Source: a virus
Virus record (IMG/VR): IMGVR_UViG_3300037420_000416
Length of the DNA: 60,742 nt
Reading direction: 5' to 3' (one strand)
Position numbers and translations under genes: made by a program. Shown here one piece after another: positions 42,079 through 50,615 of this stretch (its first letter is position 1; each line of letters begins with the position of its first letter). The notes under the pieces were generated by a model. That model made no database searches. It was not told the DNA's origin and saw only the letters and a list, made by a program, of their open reading frames with translations.

Positions 42079-43536
42079 ATGGATGTGACATGGGCGCCGT
42101 ATCCGCTCGACAGCGTGCGGGCGACGACGGTATTCGTCCACTCGGCCAGCCCGTTGGACGTTCTGCAGGGCGCATCACTGGACCCGATCGAGATCACGCA
42201 ATTCTGCGCGTCGGTCAAGCAGTCACCGGGCGAGGTCTCGGTCGGCCTCGCATGGCACGACGAACTGTATGGCGCGAACCAGCCGAAATACGGGCAGATT
42301 CTCGAAATTAGGCTCGAAGGACGTAGCTTCTGGATTGGCATCATCCAGTCCGTCAACGACTACCGGCTCTCGTCAGGCCAGAAGTCGATGACCATCGTGG
42401 CACGTTCACGCGACGCCACGCCGCTTTGGCGCGAAACGCGGCGCCTGACCGACATCTATCCGGTGTCGACGCCGCTGGACTACATCGCCCGCCAGATCTG
42501 CTACGGGATAGGGATCACGGATGTCGAGATCGACGCACTGAACATCCCCGGTTACACAGTGCACTCGAACACGCAGCTGGCGGACCTGCCGCCTTGGCAG
42601 ATGTTCACGGTGCTGATGCAGCCGTCGGGCCTGGAGCCGTATGTCGATGCACGCGGTCGCCTGAAAGCTATCTCTCGCGACACGGCGCGCGCCGCGGACA
42701 TTGAACTGACCGACAACACTCGCTTGCTGAACGTGAACGGCTCGAAATCCAGATCGCCAGTGACGGAAGTGAAAATCAGGTGGCTCGATCCGAACTTGAC
42801 CGAAGTGTCGCAACAGGATCGCATCCTTGACAAAGCCACGATGACGGCCGGCTTCTTCAAGCTGAAGCTGGAACGCGATGTGACCTTCAGTCGGGACGGG
42901 ACGCAGCGGGCGCGCAACACGCACATGGTCGTGCGGCAGTCGGCAAACGCCGGCTTGCTGCCGGTGTGCAGCGAGGATTACAGCCAGAAAAGCATCACGT
43001 CGGGTCAGATCGTGCTCACGACTTCCGCATGGGTTCCGACGCTAGCCACGGCCTGCATCGCCAACAAGGTAGTAGCGTCATATATCGGGGATCTGGTGGT
43101 GTCGTTTGGTGGCGGCTATACGGTCCCAGTTGGTCGCCCAATCGAAGGCGCGGCCGACGTCGTCCTGTTTCTGACGATGATGTCCATCGGAACCGGAGTC
43201 TACGAGATTTGGGGCACGCCCTACGACATGGTGCACACCCGGAATACCACGACCGCATACGGGAAGGCCGTGCAGGACTGGGAGATCAACGTCGCGGAAA
43301 TCGAGAATGACTTCGTGATGAACCAACAGCAGTCCGAAGGCTTTGCCGTCCGTGAGTTGATCTACTCGTATCGCTCCGCGAGTTCGTACAACGTGTCGAT
43401 CGTGGACGATCCACGCATCGAGCGTGGCGACATCATCGCACTCAAGGATGGGAGCCGCGTCTACGTCACGGACTACACGCGCGACCTTTCATTCGGTGCG
43501 CCGGCCACTCTCGATATCACGGGATTCAGGTGCTAA
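42079..43536 (+). CDS. Tail/baseplate-like protein (485 aa)
   Basis: Track ORF; assigned by synteny. Confidence 0.55.
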   Translation: MDVTWAPYPLDSVRATTVFVHSASPLDVLQGASLDPIEITQFCASVKQSPGEVSVGLAWHDELYGANQPKYGQILEIRLEGRSFWIGIIQSVNDYRLSSGQKSMTIVARSRDATPLWRETRRLTDIYPVSTPLDYIARQICYGIGITDVEIDALNIPGYTVHSNTQLADLPPWQMFTVLMQPSGLEPYVDARGRLKAISRDTARAADIELTDNTRLLNVNGSKSRSPVTEVKIRWLDPNLTEVSQQDRILDKATMTAGFFKLKLERDVTFSRDGTQRARNTHMVVRQSANAGLLPVCSEDYSQKSITSGQIVLTTSAWVPTLATACIANKVVASYIGDLVVSFGGGYTVPVGRPIEGAADVVLFLTMMSIGTGVYEIWGTPYDMVHTRNTTTAYGKAVQDWEINVAEIENDFVMNQQQSEGFAVRELIYSYRSASSYNVSIVDDPRIERGDIIALKDGSRVYVTDYTRDLSFGAPATLDITGFRC

Positions 43537-43539
43537 GCC

Positions 43540-44052
43540 ATGGCTCTACTTACCTACCTCATCGACGCCCAGCAACGGGACGCTCAGCAGGAATTGGACG
43601 GCAAGGTTCTCACCCGCCCGACCCTGAGCGTGACGGATGGACTGTCCACGACTTATGCATGCGATTGCGATATTGGCCTAGTAAATAACCAAGGGAACGA
43701 CCAGAGCGCGAACCTGCTCAACGTCGGCACACTAGGATCGGTGCTGCACAACGTGCCGATCGCGCGCGGCAACATGGACGTCGTATATGCCGACGTCGGG
43801 TCTGCGGTGCGTCTGCGTCGGTCGGCCTCGGGGCGCTACGAGATCATCGGCTTCTCGAAGCAGATGCCGGGCACATACGTGCGGGTACCAGTGGATCTGG
43901 AAGACTTCACCTTCGGCCCGATCGAGGATCTTTCGATAACTTCACTCCCGATCGCCTACGGAGACCTCGTGAACTACGGCGGCTACGGCACGGCGGCGTA
44001 CGGGGCAACTGCAATTTATCAGGGCACGACTTTGATCAAGGTAACTGCATGA
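43540..44052 (+). CDS. Tail protein (170 aa)
   Basis: Track ORF; assigned by synteny. Confidence 0.5.
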   Translation: MALLTYLIDAQQRDAQQELDGKVLTRPTLSVTDGLSTTYACDCDIGLVNNQGNDQSANLLNVGTLGSVLHNVPIARGNMDVVYADVGSAVRLRRSASGRYEIIGFSKQMPGTYVRVPVDLEDFTFGPIEDLSITSLPIAYGDLVNYGGYGTAAYGATAIYQGTTLIKVTA

Positions 44053-45842
44053 ACGACCTTCAGACATTCAGCAACGGCGACACCAACTACATCTCGAAGC
44101 ACAACTCGAACTACGCCAACATCAAGGCGGCGATCGACGCGCTGCAGGCGAACTTGGCGAGCCAGGTTGCCGCCGCTTCTGGTCCGGGATCGGCATTCTA
44201 TGCGCTGTTCGGCTTGACGGTAGCACTCATCGGCGTGGAGAGCTACGCCATGAGCGGAAGCGGCGATACACTGACCATCGATCCAGGCTTCAACTGGAAA
44301 CCGTCCATTCCGACGGTGGTGCGCAATCTGGCGCCGGCTACGCTGTCCTTTACCGGCCTGTCGGCAGCCACGTACTACATCTACGCCGACAACACCGGTG
44401 CACCGGTGCGCAGCGCGACATCCGGCGCTGAGGATCTGTATTCCGTGGTGTGGACTGGATCGGCTTTTGGCGCTATCACGCGCATTGCGCCGGTCGTTTG
44501 GGGCGCAGCCGACGACACCGCGGCGCAGGTCAGTACCGCGCTCGGCGCCAGTTACACGAAGCTCGATGACCGATTGGAGGCGGGTGAAACCGCAGCAGTC
44601 GCCGGAAACCTGGCGCGCACATGGCAGACCGGCCGCCTGAGTAAGAGCGTGGCCGGCAGCGCCGACGTGACGCTCACCAGCACCGAGGCGAACAACACTC
44701 TCATCAACCTGACCGGCGCGCTGACTGGAAACATCAACGTCATCGTCCCGCTCGGCACGGCGCCGCGCCTGTGGATCGTCACGAACAATACGACTGGCTC
44801 ATACTCGGTGACGGTCAAGGGGGCAAGCGGAACCGGCGTCGTGGTGGCGCAAGGCGGCGAGGCGCTGCTCAGCCAGGATGGCACGAACGTCTTCGCTGCC
44901 GTCACGGCTGGCGGTCTCGGTGCCGGCACTGTCACCAGCGTGGACGCGAGCGTTCCGGCATTTCTCAGCGTGAGTGGCGGGCCGATTACGAGTTCCGGCA
45001 CGCTTGCGATCACGTACAGCGGCACGGCTCTGCCGATCGCCAACGGCGGCACCGGCGGCACCAGTGCCAGCGCGGCGCGCTCGGCCCTCGGACTGGCCAT
45101 CGGCAGCGACGTGCAGGCGTACGACGCAGAGCTTGCGGCCATTGCCGGGCTGACGTCGGCCGCAGACCAGATCCCATACTTCACGGGATCCGGCACCGCA
45201 GGGCTTCTCACTCGCGATACCGACACGTCACTGACGGCGAACAGCGATACACACTTCGCCACACAGAAAGCTGTCAAGACGTATGTGGACGCACGGTTCG
45301 CCGGCGCCGGAACGGGCGACGTGGTCGGTCCATCTTCCGCGACGGACGGCCATGTTGCGCTGTTCGACGGCTCGACCGGGAAGCTCATCAAGGACAGTGC
45401 CGTTACCATTTCGACGGACGGCACGTTCGCAGCAAACTCCGACGCCAAGGCGCCAACTGAGAAAGCGGTCAAGACGTATGTGGCGAGCCAAATTGCAACG
45501 GTCCCTGTCGTGCCCGCCGCGTTTTATCCTGGCACGCCAACAGCAAGCGCATTGATTCTCTATTTGCCATTTGCTGTCGCAGTCACTTTGCCCGCCAACC
45601 TCGCGGGCAGTTATGTGAAAGCGAAAACGGCTGCAACCGCCTCAACAGCTTTTGATGTGCAAAAGAACGGAAGTAGCGTAGGGACCATTACCTTTGCCGC
45701 CAGTGGAAGCGCCGCGACGTTTAGCACAACGGGCGGCGCAGCCGTTTCGTTTGCTGCGGGCGACGTACTTTCCATTGTCAGCCCGGCTACCCCTGACGCG
45801 ACACTGTCCGATATTGGCTTCTCATTGCTGGCAAACCGTTAA
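44049..45842 (+). CDS. Tail fibre protein (597 aa)
   Basis: Track ORF. Ala/Gly/Thr-rich shaft, [13 protein letters not shown], and two copies of the fibre motif ([13 protein letters not shown] and [13 protein letters not shown]). Confidence 0.7.
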   Translation: MNDLQTFSNGDTNYISKHNSNYANIKAAIDALQANLASQVAAASGPGSAFYALFGLTVALIGVESYAMSGSGDTLTIDPGFNWKPSIPTVVRNLAPATLSFTGLSAATYYIYADNTGAPVRSATSGAEDLYSVVWTGSAFGAITRIAPVVWGAADDTAAQVSTALGASYTKLDDRLEAGETAAVAGNLARTWQTGRLSKSVAGSADVTLTSTEANNTLINLTGALTGNINVIVPLGTAPRLWIVTNNTTGSYSVTVKGASGTGVVVAQGGEALLSQDGTNVFAAVTAGGLGAGTVTSVDASVPAFLSVSGGPITSSGTLAITYSGTALPIANGGTGGTSASAARSALGLAIGSDVQAYDAELAAIAGLTSAADQIPYFTGSGTAGLLTRDTDTSLTANSDTHFATQKAVKTYVDARFAGAGTGDVVGPSSATDGHVALFDGSTGKLIKDSAVTISTDGTFAANSDAKAPTEKAVKTYVASQIATVPVVPAAFYPGTPTASALILYLPFAVAVTLPANLAGSYVKAKTAATASTAFDVQKNGSSVGTITFAASGSAATFSTTGGAAVSFAAGDVLSIVSPATPDATLSDIGFSLLANR

Positions 45843-45860
45843 ACGTAAGAAGGAAAAATT

Positions 45861-46505
45861 ATGTCATCAACTACAACCGCGTCAAAGACCGGCAGCGGCT
45901 TTTTGCTTGGGTTGACCCAGCAGGCATCCGCTGCGGTAACAGTCGGCAGCGCTATTGATGTTAGTACGAAATTGGGCCTGCGTATCTTTGTCAAGATGGG
46001 GCGCACCGTTGCTACAGCATTGACCAATCAGGTTGGTTTTCGCATTGAGGCATCACCAACAACCAGCGGCAATGATGAATGGGTGCCTCTTGTTTCATGG
46101 ACTTCGCAAAGCGGCACGACCGCAGCGAACAGCACCACTTTAAACGGCGCCACAAGCGCCGGCGCTTCGACATATAGCGTGGCATCCGGCACCGGCCTGG
46201 GCTCTGGCAATTTGATCTACTTGCGCGAAACGGGTACGCCGGCAAACTCAGAATGGTCGAGAGTGAACGGTGTGAGCGGGACGACGGTGACGCCTGTCGA
46301 CAATCTTACCCGCGCACATACCAACAGCATTGCCGTAACCAATCTGGCTGAATCGTGGGTTTTCGACCTTGATGTTCAAACGGTTGAGCGTATCCGCCTT
46401 GTGGTCGATAGCGCATCCGGCAACCAGGGCATCACCGCCGCGTCGGGGCAAACGGTGGACGTGATCGGCTGGTATGTTTCGCTTGACTCGGTAGTCTCCA
46501 CTTAA
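45861..46505 (+). CDS. Tail fibre-associated protein (214 aa)
   Basis: Track ORF with AAGGAA upstream. The DNA is more AT-rich than the core tail genes. Confidence 0.5.
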   Translation: MSSTTTASKTGSGFLLGLTQQASAAVTVGSAIDVSTKLGLRIFVKMGRTVATALTNQVGFRIEASPTTSGNDEWVPLVSWTSQSGTTAANSTTLNGATSAGASTYSVASGTGLGSGNLIYLRETGTPANSEWSRVNGVSGTTVTPVDNLTRAHTNSIAVTNLAESWVFDLDVQTVERIRLVVDSASGNQGITAASGQTVDVIGWYVSLDSVVST

Positions 46506-46506
46506 C

Positions 46507-47340
46507 ATGCCGGCCACCTCTCCACTGCGGCGCTACCCGTCGCAAACACACAATATCCTTGGTATCGATTGGACCAATCCACTCGCAAAGGGGATCACCT
46601 TCGCCGCCGTGCCAAATGGTGTAGGGCTTCGCAACCTGATAACTGGGGCGTTCGGAAAACCATCGGGATCAGCGCCTCCAATGGCGAGCGTAGGTGAAGG
46701 CGGCGCAGCTATACGTCATGCCGGAGGCAGTACTGGCGCCTCATACACAGACTTCGGCCAAGACCCCAACGTAGTTGATTTCGCGTCAAACAACAACCCC
46801 GGTAGCCTTTTTATGTGGGTCAGGGGTGACTACATTACCAACAACGTAGGCGGGTTGGCAGCGCGCAACGACAATAACGGGAGTGCGGGTTGGCTGTTTT
46901 ACGTTTCCGGAGGGAAACTCGCCCTAACTCGGGTGAATTCTGGCACTAACGGTGGTATCACATCTACCGCTGACTTCCCGCAGCGTGTGTGGACTTCTGT
47001 GGCCGCGACTGTCAAGATCGGTGCCCCTCCGCTGAGCGGAGGTGCAAACCTTTACGTCGGCGGAATTGATGCTGGTGGAAGTGCAAATGGCGGCTCTGGC
47101 TCAAACACAACCGATGCAGCACAGAACTTGCTTATCGGCGACCCCCGTTTCGGCGGTGCTGGTTCGTGGGGAGGGCAGATCGAAATGTGTCTATTCTGGA
47201 ATCGGGTGTTGACGCCGCAAGAAATCAAATCGCTGCACGATAACCGCTTTCAGCTTTTCTACGGGCGACGCCGCAACGTGTATTTCAGAGCATCGGCAGG
47301 CGCAACGATATTGCGCAGGCCCGTTGTGATGGTGATGTGA
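46507..47340 (+). CDS. LamG/concanavalin-like domain protein (277 aa)
   Basis: Track ORF. ...GSLFMWVRGDYI...WLFYVSGGKLALTRVNS...WTSVAATV...LYVGGIDAG...LLIGDPRFGGAGSWGGQIEMCLFWNRVLTPQEIKSL fits the LamG_3 pattern. Confidence 0.55.
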   Translation: MPATSPLRRYPSQTHNILGIDWTNPLAKGITFAAVPNGVGLRNLITGAFGKPSGSAPPMASVGEGGAAIRHAGGSTGASYTDFGQDPNVVDFASNNNPGSLFMWVRGDYITNNVGGLAARNDNNGSAGWLFYVSGGKLALTRVNSGTNGGITSTADFPQRVWTSVAATVKIGAPPLSGGANLYVGGIDAGGSANGGSGSNTTDAAQNLLIGDPRFGGAGSWGGQIEMCLFWNRVLTPQEIKSLHDNRFQLFYGRRRNVYFRASAGATILRRPVVMVM

Positions 47341-47398
47341 AAATTCAACCTGAATTTCACCGAGCCGGCGCTGACCGGCAAACGCCTCCCCTTAACCC

Positions 47399-47420
47399 GC
47401 CCGCGCTTGCGGGCTTTTTT
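47399..47420 (+). terminator. Rho-independent terminator between the tail and lysis modules
   Basis: GCCCGC-gctt-GCGGGC followed by TTTTTT. Confidence 0.75.
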
Positions 47421-47431
47421 ACAGGCTCACC

Positions 47432-47692
47432 GTGACCGACACCAAACAATCCGAGGAGCTGACCAAGGCTCGTCTCGACATCGCCCGGCTCGAAGTTCAA
47501 GTCGCCCATCTCACTGCAAGCACGGCGAGGCTTGAAGGGAGTAACCAGCAACTGACCGAAAAATTGGATCAGGTGCTGCTTACTCTTTCCGAGGCGCGCG
47601 GCGGTTGGAAAACGTTGATGGTTGTCGGCGGCGCTGCTTCGGCTGTAGGCGGGCTGATCACCTGGGTGATGCAGCATTTATTCAAGGGGTAG
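47432..47692 (+). CDS. Coiled-coil protein with C-terminal TM helix (86 aa), lysis-cassette member (holin or regulator)
   Basis: Track ORF with a GTG start. TM segment WKTLMVVGGAASAVGGLITWVM. Confidence 0.45.
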   Translation: MTDTKQSEELTKARLDIARLEVQVAHLTASTARLEGSNQQLTEKLDQVLLTLSEARGGWKTLMVVGGAASAVGGLITWVMQHLFKG

Positions 47693-47694
47693 GC

Positions 47695-47925
47695 ATGAGC
47701 ATTTCTCTGGTCGAGGATTGGCAGACCATCTTGCGCAAGGCGTGGTCGGTCAAATTCAACATCGCCGCGGCGATCTTTGGCGCTGCCGAACTGGTAGTGC
47801 AACTGGTGCAGCCGGAATCCATCCGGCCCGGGGTGTTCGCCGGTATCGCGGCATGCGTCTCGATCGCCGCTACCGGCGCGCGGGTGCTGGCACAAACGGA
47901 GCTCTCCAATGGAAACGGCAAATAG
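47695..47925 (+). CDS. Putative holin, two TM helices (76 aa)
   Basis: In the frame of track ORF 47605..47925. AAGGGG lies before ATG 47695. Hydrophobic segments: FNIAAAIFGAAELVVQLV and VFAGIAACVSIAATGARVL. Confidence 0.5.
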   Translation: MSISLVEDWQTILRKAWSVKFNIAAAIFGAAELVVQLVQPESIRPGVFAGIAACVSIAATGARVLAQTELSNGNGK

Positions 47926-47926
47926 A

Positions 47927-48799
47927 TCACGCTAGGCCAAGCGCCTCCAGGTCTGATGCGCCGCGAGCGAGTCGCGAATGAACTGTTTTGGAGTTAAGTC
48001 CTAACTCGCGACACCACTCTTCGAGATATAGCTTCTTGCCGCCATGCTCAATCCACCTGGACTTTTTACTGATGGTTCGCGCGCGCGGCGCGACCTTCCG
48101 CTCCGTAATTCCTAGTGCTTCCTCAAGCGACCATTTGAGTGCATGGACGCGACTGAGCACTAATGACTGCGGCAAACCATAGATTTCCGCCCACTCGCTC
48201 AGGCAGCGTTTTTCGCCATGCAGTTCAACCATTTGGACGACGCGCCGGTTCCTCTGTTGGGTTGTACGGTCTGCCCAAATGCAGTTTTGCTTTGAGTAGC
48301 CAGCATTGTTATCGACGCGCTCGATCGAACACCCCTTGGGAGGCTGCCCCATGTCCCGAAGGAAGTTGGCAAATTCGAGCCAATCATCGCAAATAGCAAT
48401 CCCGCGGCCGCCGTAGTTGCGGAAGTGAGGGTTGTTGGGGTTTGTGCAGCGCTGGATGATGCCATTCCAGGTGTTATGTGCACGAGTGTCGGAGGCACCG
48501 TGTGTTCGCTTGAGGTTCGCCGCAAGCTCACGAGCTAGGCAGCCGCAGCTTTTCGCTTTTCCGCTTACTAGGTTCTGCGCCTTAGATATCGCAGTCCCGC
48601 CACACGAGCAAGTGGATCGCCAGCGCCTATATCCAACCTTCTCAACCACGGTCAGTCGGCCGAAGACTCGACCCAAAAGATCTTCAGTTCTAGCCGCCGC
48701 ATAGCAAGCGTGCTCGCAAAACTTACGCTTCTTCATAGAGAAATTAGGTCCTGAAAACTCCTTGCCGCATTCCTCGCACTTCTTGGTAATGATTGGCAT
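47927..48799 (-). CDS. Free-standing DNA-binding / homing-endonuclease-like protein (290 aa), function uncertain
   Basis: Track ORF 47927..48835. GGAGGG lies before ATG 48799. It has an N-terminal CxxC...CxxxC zinc ribbon and CSCGG...CGC, followed by WNGIIQRCTNPNNPHFRNYGGRGIAICDDWLEFANFLRDMG...SIERVDNNAGYSKQNCIWADRTTQQRN. It is on the opposite strand, in AT-richer DNA, between the holin and endolysin genes. Confidence 0.6.
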   Translation of the reverse strand: MPIITKKCEECGKEFSGPNFSMKKRKFCEHACYAAARTEDLLGRVFGRLTVVEKVGYRRWRSTCSCGGTAISKAQNLVSGKAKSCGCLARELAANLKRTHGASDTRAHNTWNGIIQRCTNPNNPHFRNYGGRGIAICDDWLEFANFLRDMGQPPKGCSIERVDNNAGYSKQNCIWADRTTQQRNRRVVQMVELHGEKRCLSEWAEIYGLPQSLVLSRVHALKWSLEEALGITERKVAPRARTISKKSRWIEHGGKKLYLEEWCRELGLNSKTVHSRLARGASDLEALGLA

Positions 48800-48836
48800 A
48801 TTCCCTCCAGAAAGACAACATAGGAATACTAACACA

Positions 48837-49298
48837 ATGGGCGCAGTTTACAAGGGAAGTAAGACTGGTTGGGCCGCTATAGCTGTGGCCTGCGTTTCAT
48901 GCTTCGAAGGGGTCAGGCTATACAGCTATTACGACCCGGTTTCCATCCCTACGGCGTGCTTTGGCGAGACCAAGAACATCAGGATGGGGCAACGATTTAC
49001 GATGGCTGAGTGCGAGGGAATGCTGGCTGAATCGCTGGCCGAAGCAAATCAAGGAGTCGACACGTGCGTCAAGGTCGATTTGACCGATGAGCGCCGCGCA
49101 GCATTGGTCTCATTTACCTATAACGTCGGCAAGGAAGCGATGTGCAAATCAACTCTTGTGCGCAAGCTGAATTCCCATGACACGCAAGGGGCATGTGATG
49201 AGCTTCTGCGCTGGGATAAAGCAAAGGGTATCACTCTGCCTGGCCTCACCCGTCGACGGCAAGCGGAGCGTGAACTGTGCCTGAAAGGCCTGAAATGA
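48837..49298 (+). CDS. Endolysin, T4/P21-type lysozyme (GH24), possibly with a signal-anchor-release N-terminus (153 aa)
   Basis: In the frame of track ORF 48762..49298. The catalytic spacing E-8-D-5-T is in FEGVRLYSYYDPVSIPTACFG. The weakly hydrophobic N-terminus is GWAAIAVACVSCF. Confidence 0.85.
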   Translation: MGAVYKGSKTGWAAIAVACVSCFEGVRLYSYYDPVSIPTACFGETKNIRMGQRFTMAECEGMLAESLAEANQGVDTCVKVDLTDERRAALVSFTYNVGKEAMCKSTLVRKLNSHDTQGACDELLRWDKAKGITLPGLTRRRQAERELCLKGLK

Positions 49299-49408
49299 GC
49301 ATTGAGCGCGCATTCTTCCTAGGCATGGCGATCGGTGGCTTCGTGGCCGGCGTGATCGTTATCTACGTGGTCGCAACATGCTTCCCTGATGTGCGGGTGC
49401 GCCGATGA
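49295..49408 (+). CDS. Small TM protein (37 aa) on a repeat-flanked insert
   Basis: Below the track cutoff and ATGA-coupled to the endolysin gene. MSIERAFFLGMAIGGFVAGVIVIYVVATCFPDVRVRR. Confidence 0.4.
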   Translation: MSIERAFFLGMAIGGFVAGVIVIYVVATCFPDVRVRR

Positions 49409-49459
49409 TCGCCGCGCTACTCGCCGGCGTGAGCCGGAACTGTGCCTGAAAGGATTGAG

Positions 49460-49765
49460 ATGAAGCTGACTGACTTGGATCCGCAATGGATCACGCCTGA
49501 CCTATTCATGTTTCGCAGCCCGACCGGCCATGGGAATTGGGTGACGTGCAAGCGCGTTGTGATGACAGGGCGCGAGCAGATGGATGTCCTGTGGCCGAAA
49601 GATAAGAGTCGCAATGGCTGGCCGATCGTTCCAACCGTTCCTGATATGGCATGGAAGTTTGAAGGTAATGACTTCGAAACTCTTACGGTAACGCCGTCTA
49701 TCGACGCCAGCGCGTCGGGCAATTGGCATGGCTTCATCACCAACGGCGAGATCATTACATGCTGA
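49460..49765 (+). CDS. Hypothetical lysis-module protein (101 aa)
   Basis: Track ORF 49442..49765. AAAGGA lies before ATG 49460. MKLTDLDPQWITPDLFMFRSPTGHGNWV...NWHGFITNGEIITC. Confidence 0.55.
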   Translation: MKLTDLDPQWITPDLFMFRSPTGHGNWVTCKRVVMTGREQMDVLWPKDKSRNGWPIVPTVPDMAWKFEGNDFETLTVTPSIDASASGNWHGFITNGEIITC

Positions 49766-50181
49766 ATTTACTGAGCAATGTGGCTGCAGGCGCACTCTGG
49801 AAAGCCGCCGCGATCGGCTCACTGGCCGCCATGCTTGCGTCAAGCAGCTACCTCGGCTTCCAATGGCATACAGCCGCAGCGGCGCGCGATCAGGCAATCC
49901 ATGACCTCACGATTGCCATCGGCGAGCGTAATGCCGCCCTGACCGAAGTCGGCGAACTCAAGGCACACATCGCCCAGCAGAACGCATCCATCCTCGAACT
50001 CGCCAAGGCCACGGCAGACGCCGATTCGCGCTACGCGACCGCCATGCAGGCGTTGGCGCCGATCAAGGCCGGCATCAAGGCTCTGGCCGAGCGCATCAAC
50101 GCCATTCCGAGCACGACATGCGAGCAGGCGATCGCGAAACAGCGCCGCGCCGTCGAGGGCCTGCGCGAGGTGCAACCATGA
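49759..50181 (+). CDS. i-spanin (Rz-like, 140 aa)
   Basis: In the frame of track ORF 49723..50181. N-terminal TM segment (AAGALWKAAAIGSLAAMLASSSYLGF) followed by a coiled coil. Confidence 0.65.
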   Translation: MLNLLSNVAAGALWKAAAIGSLAAMLASSSYLGFQWHTAAAARDQAIHDLTIAIGERNAALTEVGELKAHIAQQNASILELAKATADADSRYATAMQALAPIKAGIKALAERINAIPSTTCEQAIAKQRRAVEGLREVQP

Positions 50182-50435
50182 AGATGCTCGTCACGTGCCT
50201 AATGCTGGCCGGCTGCGCATCCACGGCGCCGCAACATCAGCCGCCGGTCGAGGTCGACAAGGTTGTGGCGATCAGGTGCATTAAGACGGCGCCCGCGCGC
50301 CCGCCTTACGCCACCGAGAGGCTGAGCGAAGGCGCGACGGACATCCAGTATGCCGATGCGCTGGCGCTCGACTGGGTGCTATCACGCGGCTACGAAAAGG
50401 AACTTGAAGCGGCGGTGCAGGCCTGCCTGAAATAG
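50178..50435 (+). CDS. o-spanin lipoprotein (Rz1-like, 85 aa)
   Basis: In the frame of track ORF 50118..50435. Lipobox in MKMLVTCLMLAGCAS, followed by a Pro-rich mature end. It overlaps the i-spanin stop. Confidence 0.7.
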   Translation: MKMLVTCLMLAGCASTAPQHQPPVEVDKVVAIRCIKTAPARPPYATERLSEGATDIQYADALALDWVLSRGYEKELEAAVQACLK

Positions 50436-50437
50436 CC

Positions 50438-50608
50438 ATGGACGAACTGCTGCGGAAAATGCGCGCCTTTGCTTTAGAGCCGGGCGCGCTTTTCTACGTC
50501 GTCAAGACCCAAACTCGCGGGAGCGTTGCCATATGGGCCGACGACATCCGCGCCACAGCCAACGATGCGGAATTGCTCGCCCTGGTGCAGGCACGCATCA
50601 ACTCTTGA
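50438..50608 (+). CDS. Small hypothetical protein (56 aa)
   Basis: Below the track cutoff. ATG 50438; MDELLRKMRAFALEPGALFYVVKTQTRGSVAIWADDIRATANDAELLALVQARINS. Confidence 0.4.
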   Translation: MDELLRKMRAFALEPGALFYVVKTQTRGSVAIWADDIRATANDAELLALVQARINS

Positions 50609-50615
50609 GGTGGAT

